From contig NC_045697.1 in assembly GCF_009834535.1 (NCBI RefSeq), positions 60,762,001 to 60,826,000 of the forward strand: a DNA stretch of 64,000 bases, read 5' to 3'. The notes beneath the pieces were generated by a model. That model ran no database searches, was not told the origin of the DNA, and saw nothing but the letters and a program-made list of their open reading frames with translations. Made by a program: the position numbers and the translations under genes. Below are positions 54,100-64,000 of this stretch, in pieces. The DNA comes from Camelus ferus. Lineage: Eukaryota. How positions within the stretch are numbered: the first letter of the stretch is position 1; each line of letters begins with the position of its first letter.

Positions 54100-55070
54100 A
54101 TTCTTCACAACCTACACCCAAACCACATCCCTTGTCATTAATCTGCGTCTTGATCTTGTCCTTTCCAGCCTATGCCCCTGTACATGCTGTTCTTTCCTCT
54201 TAAATTGTTTTCACACCTTGCCATGTAGGCAAACTTCTTCTCATCTTTAACACTCAAGGTCAATTGCAACCTTATCATCATGGACTCCCCTGCTTCCAGT
54301 GGTACAATTATTTCTAATGATTCAGTGATCAGTAGATGGCTCAGAAGCTTTCAGTGATAAAGCTCAAACTTGGCTTTATCAGAAGATTTGCATTTTACCT
54401 TTTATCTATTTTTATTTTTACCACATATGGTTTTGAATTCTTGAAGTGTCTCTTTCTTCTCTGGTTATTTGTCCTCAATCTCCTTAACCTACTACTTTTT
54501 CTCCACTTGGCTTCTGATGTAATAACGCAGCTAGTTCTTCAAAATACTTCTGTAGATTCTTTTTTTTTTTTTTTTAACACTTTGTATTCTCTTCGTAGGT
54601 AAGTTAACTCATGCACATGTTTCTCAAATATATATCAATAGGTCTAAACTATTCTTTTTTTTTTTGGTCTAAACTATTCTTAAGAAACCAGACAAACTTC
54701 CTTGATGCTTCAAAAATACTTCAAATTCAACAGGTCTTAAAAACATAATTGTGCCCCCCAAACCTAGTATTTCTCAGTGTTTACTGTCTCAGGGAGTGAT
54801 GCCACTTTATTGCCCAACTCAGAAATCTAGATGTATTCTTCTAAATCTTCCTTTTTTTTACTCTTCTCTTATATGGCAAGTAGTATGGATTCATTCCTTG
54901 ATCATTTCTTTAATCCACACACCTTACCATTCCTATTGCCATAATCATAGTTTAATCGTCTTTTAATTGGACCACTGTAATAGTGCCTTAACTAGTACCC
55001 ACTCAGATAATCTTGCATAATGTAACTTCTTGACACAGTGCAGTTGAATATTGTTAAATTACAAATTTGA
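54100..55070 (+). mobile_element. L2 fragments
   Basis: 'cttcaaattcaacaggtcttaaaa', 'ggaccactgtaatagtgccttaactagt' L2-like. Confidence 0.6.
54641..54681 (-). mobile_element. Solo poly(A) retroinsertion with 16-bp TSD
   Basis: GGTCTAAACTATTCTT-(T)9-GGTCTAAACTATTCTT|AAG. Confidence 0.75.
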
Positions 55071-57009
55071 TATGAGGAAATCACATGTGAGATTATTTTA
55101 ATTTACTTCAATAGAGTTATTTCTTTGTTATGCAAATATCCCTTCAATGGCCAAATTGCCTTTCTAAGTAAATGTCCTTAAGAGAGAAAAAAGTTTTAAT
55201 TTATTGAAAAAAGAAATGAAATCATTATTCAAGTAAATAATCCTCTGTGAAGTGTTAATGCATTCATCTCTTATAAGATATACTTGATGAATCTTTCACG
55301 TGCACATGAGATCTTTACATTTAAACACCCACAAATGCTTTGAAAGTACTCATTTCTTATCCTGTAAATAAATAGGATGTTTTCTTTGGAAAAAATTGCA
55401 CTGTCGTCATATCAATATCATTAATACTTAAAATGCCATTTACATTTGTAAGCAACCTGAATAATTAAAAAATGCAAATTTAGGCTATTAGGAGTAATAA
55501 CTTTATATGTAAGTTTTATGAGCTGAATTTCATTACTTATTCATAATAGACTAACAATTAAAGAAACAAAGTAATGTAACAAAAATGTAAAAGTCAATAC
55601 ATAAATAAGTGGTTGTATGGTAATTTAAGCTGTGTAAGATACTTCCTTCTTATCTGTTAGGGAAAATAATTTTATCTGGGAAATATTCACTGCTTCCAAC
55701 CAAATATTGGGTATGCTGTAAACCATAAAAAGTATAGAATTTTAGAAAACTGATCTTAGTGGTAGATGGTAGTTTTTTTTACTAACTTCAATCTAAATTT
55801 TATCTATTGTTGTAGTCTGTTATTTGAATAACACACTGCAAAGCTGAAGCTAAATAAGGAACATCAAATACAGCTCCCTATATTTTCAAATCAATTGGGC
55901 TTCACTATTAAGGTTATAAACTACTTTAATGGTAAAAAGAAGTGCATAGTCAGTTTAAAACCTCATTAATCGGTAATAGTTATGAGTTCATTTGTAGTGC
56001 AATTCAAATAATTTCACTTTATTCTTTAAATTGTTTCCTAGAAACTCTGCCAGGTTACAAAAGAAATTCAATCATTTCCATATTTTAGGCTATTTTGTTG
56101 TTATTCATCATATTTAAAATTGTAACATTTTTATCCCTGAATAAATTATTTCTGTCTTCCAACTGCCTTCTCTCCCTTATCACCTACCACCATTTTTCTG
56201 TCAAGGAAATACCTTTAGTTTTTTCTCAATATAAATCTCTCTTAAACCATGAAGTTAATCAAAACCTAAAAAATAAAAAAAAAAATTTGAGAGGATAAAA
56301 AGTAATGGGTCATATACCATACTGTCTGTTTTTAAATTTAAAATTAGAGAGTTTAACTGGCTTTCTCGGGTTCATCTGGTTAGAAAATGTTAGAAGAACA
56401 TGGTCTAGAATCCAGGGTACCTGTTTCCCAAGCCAATGCAAAAAAACCAGATACCTCATACTACAAAAACAGTGACTCCATTACTGTCCCCCTAAAATTG
56501 TGCCCAGTGTGAAATTAACCCTTTGTTTTCTCAGCGATTGATGAAAGAAACTTTATCACAGCCAAGATTTGCATTTTGAAACCTGGTAGAAGTAGATTTC
56601 TTACCAAAACCTTTTTGTCAAGTGCAGAGTATTATACACTTCAAGATTTTCAATATTGCGTCAGTAAAAATAACAATGAATTCACAGTGATGAAAAGATA
56701 CGTTTTACACATACTCAAATGCCTTTGTTACAAATCAATCATACTCAGGTTAATTAAACAACAGAATGTGTTGGACATACTTTTTGAATCTTTTACCACA
56801 TCTTGAAACAAATCTAGGAAAAGGAATCACGAAAAGTAGTAATATAATATATTCTCTAATGTTCCAGATTATTGCTTCCTTTAGGATCTTGGAAATTGTT
56901 TATATAATGGGGAGAATGGGAATAATCCAGTACATACCCCTATTCTGATGACATGAAAAGGATCTTTAATTTTTTAATAGTTTCATTGATGAACTACCAA
57001 TATATATAC

Positions 57010-57310
57010 AATATGGACATGTCTCAAGAACATTCTGCTTTGCAAAATAAACCAGATTAAAAAGAGTGCAGAATATAGAACTTTATTATTTTCTAAAACA
57101 GACAAAACCAGTGATATAAAACTGATCAGTGATTACTTATGTTTGGTTGGAGTACTTTACCACAAAAGGCACATCTAAGATGATAAAAATATTCTAAGTA
57201 TTGTTTCAATGGTTGTTACCTGACAGTATGTATTTTTAAAAAGTCATTGAACTATACTCTTAAATGTGTGCATTTTAGTGTATTTAACATATATGTCTTA
57301 ATAAACATGA
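57010..57310 (+). mobile_element. Old L1 3' UTR fragment
   Basis: 'aaaagtcattgaactatactcttaaatgtgtgcattttagtgtat'. Confidence 0.7.
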
Positions 57311-57729
57311 TTACATAAAAATAATTTTAATTTTCAATATATATTGGAGAGAGAGGAGGTAAATGAGTAGTAATTGCCTTAGTGTGGTGCAGGGTGCCTA
57401 GATAAAACTTCCTCCTAGTAAAGATAATTATTGAAATGAAGTGATGGCAACTTTATAGAACTTGAGTAACCACAATGACCTGAAAGCAATAGATATTAAT
57501 TATAGAAAGTAGGCATATAGTGGACAGCTAGAACAGCAAAATTGCTGCAGGGCATAATCAAGGAATTTCTAGAAATTTATGTTTCTCACCACTTGTCTTT
57601 CCACTTTTAGATATCTACCAAAGAGCAAATCACACAGCTACTCTCTTCCTCACCCTGCAGGAGACTAAAAAGGCATAGACCAAATAAATCTAAATAGTAT
57701 AAGTCAACAAATTTAAAAGCAGGTAGGAA

Positions 57730-58200
57730 AAACCAGTAGCAATAGATTTTAAAATGATGTAACCAAGGCACATCATGATAAAATTTCAAAACAACTTAAA
57801 TAAAAAAGTAAATCATAAAAATCCACAAAATTTGAACACAAATCATCTCAACCAATGGATTGACCAGAAATGAACATTCTTCTTCTTAACAATGGTATTG
57901 GAAGCTAGAAACATCAAAATTCTGATTAAAAGTGATTTCCAAACTGGAATTTTATACCCAGACATACTATATATTAAATATGAAAATAGAATGAGATTAT
58001 TTTCAGACTTTAAATTTCTCAGAAAATACACATCCCAACTACCATTTCTTAGAACTTTATTGAATTATCTTCTTCATCAAAATAGAGGAGCAAACAAAAA
58101 AAGAGGAGACGTTGTTCCCCAGAAACAGAGGAATCAACACAGAAAATATGAAATGTTAGTATTACGATGATTTCAAAGGGAAGTCTCAGAATGACTGTGA
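57730..58200 (+). mobile_element. HAL1-like (L1 ORF1-only) fragment
   Basis: ORF 57892..58170 (SDFQTGILYP..LYIKYEN..RLFSD) resembles the ORF1 C-terminus; 'caaaatagaggagcaaacaaaaaaagaggagacg' resembles HAL1. Confidence 0.6.
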
Positions 58201-58910
58201 GAGTCTGTAAAATTGTCAGGGAAAAAATTAAAATGAGCACAGAGAAATCTAAGAAAAAATTGAGGCGTTTATTAATTTCAAAAATTACAAAATATATCAT
58301 GAAAGAATGGATGTTTGAGAAAGGGTCTCTTAAAATATAGATCTTCTTGTAACAAACAAAAAGAAACTTGAAAGTAACAAAGAAAATGTCAGTATAATAT
58401 TGGAAGACAAATTTAAAAACTTCCCAGAAAGAACAAATAATCAAACAGATGCTATGATGATAGAAAAAAATAACAAAATTGAAGAATTTATCCAGAAGTT
58501 ATGCACCCAAATTAGTGGAAGAAATTGTCAAAGAAAAAAAAAAAAAAGTCAAAAAAGAGAAAATGCTAGTAGTAGCCTTCACTTATGACCTTAATAACTC
58601 TGTAAACATATTTAGTTTGTGTGAAGAACCAAAACTCAAGCCTGATTTTTATAATTGTACTCCAACACAGGTTCATATTCCACACCAGATATGCAGAATC
58701 TAAACTTCAATATTTTGAATCAATGAAGCTAAGGTTTAGAAGGAAAATGAAAATTTCTGCAGGTTATTCTCTTTTCTTTTCCTATAAACACAGAGGCTTG
58801 TTTTCAATATTCTCCATCTCTAGCTTGATTGGAGTGAGTTCAGAAAATAATTAAACAAACAAACGTCTCTTTGGAACTAGCCGAGATTTCTTTTCATACT
58901 TCAGATTCTA

Positions 58911-58987
58911 TTAGTTTGGACCATATGAAAAGCAGTTTTTGAAAGTCAAAAATTTTGGCTATAACAACTTCATAAGGCATAACCCAA
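58911..58987. mobile_element. MADE2-like mariner MITE
   Basis: ttagtttggaccatatgaaa...cttcataaggcataacccaa, imperfect palindrome with TA on both sides. Confidence 0.75.
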
Positions 58988-61345
58988 TATTTTCAGATTC
59001 CAAAATTTCTTTAGATTTATCCTAAGTAATTGGAACCTATGGGGCCACTAACAAGTTTTCACCTTTTTATTAGACACAGAAACATTTTTCATTACCTTTC
59101 AAATTTCAGAAAACTAGTGTTCACTATGCATAAATATGGTGTTTAATTATATTATGTTAACAACTTAACTATAAACATTTTGATGTATTTTCTTTTGCTT
59201 TGTAATACTATTTATTGATTTATCTAACATAAAACTTGGATTATAATAATTAGTCTTTGATTCATGGAATTCTCACATATGCTTATTCATAGAGAAAGTT
59301 TTATCTTTATATTATGAAATTTTCTTAGATATTTATTATAAGTATATATTTTATAGAAGTGTTAATACTGTTTCTCCATCTTTCTGAAATGCTTCTAGTG
59401 TATGTTCATTATAGAATTTACTAAAAAGATAATTTGAGGATGGACTTTTATGAATAACTCAGAACTTTATTTTCCCTCAGCTTCTTTTTGCTCTTGAATG
59501 CTGTGATCATATATGCAAAATGCTAGAGTGATCCAATGTGTTAGTGTTCTAAAATGTTCTCTATTATGATGTGTTTTCCGTAGAACATAGTTATGGTAAG
59601 AACAAATAACTAGGTATCATTCCAAGACAAAACAGATTTTATGAGTCTCTGAGTTAAAGAGAATAAAAAGTAACTATTTAAAATTTTATTAAATAATTAT
59701 GTCAATCCATCCCTACTCTCTCTCCAAATCCTAACCACCACCACCAATAACAATAAAAAATAAAAAAACCTACAGATGCATTTCCTTCTAAATTGACCTG
59801 AATTAGCCTTTTGAAATATAATAAAAGTGGAATCATTAAACAGAAATTGAAATTCATGCATCCAATAAGTATTGCTTCACTGAAAGTTATATGATTTGTT
59901 TGTTTTATATTTGTGTTTTTCACACATAAGTGTACCATTAATTTCTAAAATGTTTACATTTAATTAAAACAATGTCCTAAGACAGGATTTAAGCTGATTT
60001 CCTTTTTAAAGCATTTTATTCTATCATGTCAAGGTTTTTTTTTTATAATGGTTCCTTTTTTTAATGATTTTAAAAATGTTTTTTCAAAAATGGTTTCTCT
60101 TTTTTTTCCTCCCAGTAAGCATTATGATATTATTTATATTTGAGTAAATGTGCTCTGGAAACAGTGCTGGGTGAATCTCACATCTACATATTAATAGTTC
60201 TAATGACCTCTGTGAATCTGCTTCCTCACTTACAAAGCAATGATAATATTATCTCTCTTAAAAGGTTCTTACAAGCATAAAAAAGGTTATATATAAACAC
60301 ATATAATATATAGTGTATACATGCATATCTAAGTCTAGCTATTCATCTATCTATTCATTATCTATTGCTATCATCTATCATCACGTGCTATGGGATCACT
60401 CATGAAAACTATTAGTATTGAAACATGTATAAACTAATTCCCATTATTCTTTTAAATATTTGAAGCATAAGAGTAGGAAAGTAATTCTTAATTATTGGTT
60501 AACTTTATCCCTAGACTTGTCTAGTAATAAAAGTAAGATGTCAAAAGGACAAGCAAGTCTGGTATTTTGAGATTTAACTTTCTCCTTTCAATGGCACTTA
60601 TAAAGACAAATTAAAGATTCCATTTCTTTTCACAGAACCAGTTACATGAAATTTCCACCTGTTACTGAGGATGCTCTGTAGTGACTCAAGGATCTTATCT
60701 GTTCTAATAAATCATTCATTCATGTTATATCTATTCTAAGGCTCCATTTAAAGTGCAGGTTAACTCCTTTTAGACAGTTAATTAAAGATTTTAGATTACT
60801 GAATTACTATAGACCAACAACACACACATGCATTAGGCAGTAGTAATCTCACAAGGTGCAAAATGAAACAACTTACTTAACATTGTATATAAAGAAGAAA
60901 ATATGAAAGCAAATATTTGCCATGTAATATTAGGCTGGTGCTATGGATGTCTGCACAAAGTGAAGATATCACAAAATTTCTCACATCCTCCATCTTCCAC
61001 CTGGCTGAGATGAAGGTAGCATAAAGATAGCACAGGGCAGGCTCTCAGAGCAAGTAATATTGTTTTTGAAGCAGAGTGACACTTTCGTTATGCATTTTAA
61101 AATAACGACATTATCAGAAGTAGGGAGAATGGATGAAAAATGACCAAGATTTTACTAGTGAACTACAGAAAGGCTATCAAATAATGAGTCATTTTATTTG
61201 AAGGTAATGATATATTTCTATTTGAATCCCAACTACACCATCTCTTTGGCCAACCACATCTTCATCTTACACCCCTGACCTTCAGAACTGTTGACCCATG
61301 CCTCAGCATGACTCCCCAAACCCCGCTCACTGTCCATTTTCTCAG

Positions 61346-61375
61346 AGATTTTGCTGACACTGTTGTTCTGGGAAG
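61346..61375 (+). other. Candidate exon (30 nt)
   Basis: gctcactgtccattttctcag|AGATTTTGCTGACACTGTTGTTCTGGGAAG|gtaagg. Confidence 0.25.
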
Positions 61376-61550
61376 GTAAGGGAAAGGAGAATCTGAGAAA
61401 GGAGGAAGGGAAATGGACAGAAGAGAAAGGAAGAACACAGAGATCGGAAGAAAAAGAAAGGAAAGCAAAAGAAAGGAGACAGAATGGAACAGAACCAAGA
61501 GGAGGGAGAATAAGGGTGGGGGAAAGGAAAGCAAAGATATAAAGGGGAAG
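61376..61550. repeat. Purine-rich GA low-complexity tract
   Basis: Direct reading. Confidence 0.8.
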
Positions 61551-62829
61551 GCTCAGTAACTTTTTGAAAATTTAAGGTGTGTCAGACACTTGGCATTATG
61601 CACCCTAAAACTTTGAAATGACAATACACATTTCAGTGTAAAACAATCTACTCTGCAGCTGCTAAAAATCACAAATCAACCTAGGCATTCAGAATACATC
61701 TGACTGACACTGAGAACATGAGTCATTTAAAGAAATATGTTGAACTTAAATAATTATAGAGATTGAACACAAGGGCAAAAAAAAAATAATTCAGGATTTT
61801 AATTATTTGAACATTGGTGTTTTTGTATTTAAACTCACAAGAAATTTAATTGTGTTTTAATTTCTCCTTGAAAAATTGATATTACGGGAACTATTTCAAA
61901 ATCTTTCTCTTCTAAGCATTTTATCATTGGAGTGTCTTTTGTCTTAAAAATCATATTGTAGAACCTCTTACATGTTATTGTGGACAACGTGGCTGTACAT
62001 AATTTGGGATGTAAAATAGAAACGGGCTTACATTTATATTGTAGAAAGTAAACATGGGTTTATATTTGAGTTAATCAATACACTATTTTGTTTAACTCAC
62101 ATCTGAGTTTTATAGGCAGCTCCTAAACTTCTATTACCAGCCATAGAAGGATGTCTCAGAGAGCGGTGACTGATACTGAAGTGTATGAAGGTGGGAGTTG
62201 CACTGGTCCCATAAATTGTTGAGCTCAGCCTCAAAAGGGTAGAGCCCCATCTTTGGTCTTAAAGGTTAATCCCAGTGGGTTAGGAACAAAATTTAGGGGA
62301 AGTTATTAGGGAAAATTTCTTCTCTACTGCTAATTCCTTTCTGTCAAGGGAGCTTAATGGGAAAGTAGAGTGAAAGGACTGCTTAAGAAATTTAGGAAGA
62401 TAGCATGCTTAGCTTAACTCCATCATTTTTCTTTCTCTTAGGGACCAGTATGTCCAGTGAGAGCATATATTGTGTACCTATTTTTTTTCATAAGGCTAAA
62501 GTAAAATATGTACATAATTTGTTCCAGTCTGCCTGACAGCTGACCTATTTGGCTCTCACATCAAATTATATCCTCCAAATACTGCCTATTAATAACAAAG
62601 CTGATGATTTGGCTTTTATCAAATCACCAAAAAAAAAAAAAAAAGAGCATTGATGTTAAATTGCAATTAAGTCAGAAAATAAAAAACAAAAAATACTTAA
62701 AATCATTCACACTTTTAAGAATTAAAAAAGTATTTAACAATGTCTCAGATTATGCATATATTAATTAGAAGCAAATTTAATTACTAATGGATGAAAGTAT
62801 AATTAAGCTTTCATAATATATATGAACAA

Positions 62830-63700
62830 TATTCTATTCTATATAAACAATAATGAAAATTTTGTATCAATAATTGTGGGATAAACTTAACATTAAATAT
62901 TAGAAGCCAGTTATAACTTTAAATGTTTTTAGTAATTTAAAATAAAGGCTAAAATTAACGAACTAAGCAACCAACTTAATGCTGAAAAAGAACAAGAAAA
63001 TACAAAAAAAGGAGTAGTAAAATAAACATGAGAGCAGAAATTAATGAAATGAGATATATATTTCTAATACAGAGAATCAATAAAGCAAAACATTTTGTAC
63101 CAGGAAGACTAATAAAATAGATAAACCTTTTAGGATATTTATCTTAGCTGGGGCCTACGTAATATTCTTTAAAAGTTCCTCAGGCAATACTAATTTACAG
63201 GCAATTTTCAGGCCCACTGCTTTAAGGGAAAACATTTCTAAATTCTATATAAAATTTAAATATCTATACTTATCAAAGAAAAACATAAAAATTAAAATAT
63301 AAGTTATATATTGGGAGAAGATAATTGTATCACATTAATAACCAGGGAATATTAAAAAAAAATACTTCTAAAAGTCAATAAAAACTATAAATCAACAAAT
63401 ACCAAAATGGATGGGATATGTAAATAAGCAACTCACAAGAGGTAACACAAAATGAAAACATGTTCAATATCATTATGTGTCTAAAATGCAAATTACTATC
63501 CTAATGTGATTGACATAAGTTATACCCATTATATTTAAAATAAAATACAAAAAATTGGGTCATAATATACATTGACAAGGATGTGGTGTAAAGGTAACAT
63601 TCAAAAAGCTCATAGGAACACAAATTGGTAAATCTACTTAGGAGATTTCTTGGCAGTAAATAAAATCTGAACAATTTTTATCTTATTCTACAAAATATTT
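62830..63700 (+). mobile_element. Old L1 ORF2 fragments interrupted by a MER5-like end (~63145-63222)
   Basis: 'gagagcagaaattaatgaaat...gactaataaaatagataaacc' (L1); 'tttaaaagttcctcaggcaatactaatttacagg...cccactgc' (MER5). Confidence 0.65.
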
Positions 63701-64000
63701 TTTGAACTCTATTTGATACATTTTTTCATTTGTATTTTGATATATTCCTTTTAGGTTAAAAATACAAATACAAAACTAAAAGTTATTCTGAGAAGAGATA
63801 CTTTGCCCACTCTTCCCGCTTTTCTCCCCTTTTCACTTTGCTAAGAATTTCATTAGAATAGAGTCATGGCATCTTTCAATATGTCTTAGAGCATATTTTC
63901 AATCAGGAAGCAAGAGAGATTTTTTTAACTTAATCAAACATAGATATCATGTCACTGATGAATAATTACGTAAACTGAATGATTTCTGACCATGCTCCAT

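Noticed and set aside
56537..56806. Acceptor ctttgttttctcag followed by an open frame
   Set aside because: No good donor and peptide not recognised.
1..64000. tRNA, rRNA, snRNA genes or prokaryote-type systems
   Set aside because: None recognised by eye; the sequence is clearly mammalian repeat-rich DNA. tRNAscan-SE/Infernal would be needed to exclude degenerate copies.

Overview
AT-rich, repeat-dense mammalian genomic DNA with no recognisable intact protein-coding gene. The lineage is most likely a camelid-like artiodactyl (inference): it has artiodactyl-type L1 3' ends and Tigger1/Tigger2 deletion derivatives, and I saw no Alu, B1/B2, Bov-A/BovB, PRE-1 or SINEC elements. Roughly half the window is decayed LINE-1 (mostly + strand), L2, MIR, ERVL/MaLR/ERV1 LTRs and DNA-transposon MITEs. 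The longer listed ORFs are L1 ORF2 fragments or their antisense shadows. The one clearly exceptional element is an isolated ~410 bp CpG-rich segment at ~17.03-17.44 kb. It has a perfect NRF1 motif and a strong splice donor facing outward on each strand, suggesting a bidirectional promoter. Candidate exons with good splice signals lie on both sides, but none gives a peptide I recognise and several have stops in all frames, so spliced non-coding or UTR transcripts are the most plausible reading. Smaller curiosities include a three-level nested insertion, a solo poly(A) retroinsertion with a 16-bp TSD, a 31-bp flanking duplication, a hairpin-forming hAT-like MITE and a possible recursive splice site. 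Repeat family names are from memory of consensus sequences and boundaries are approximate unless TSDs are quoted. I found no convincing evidence of a new biological system.
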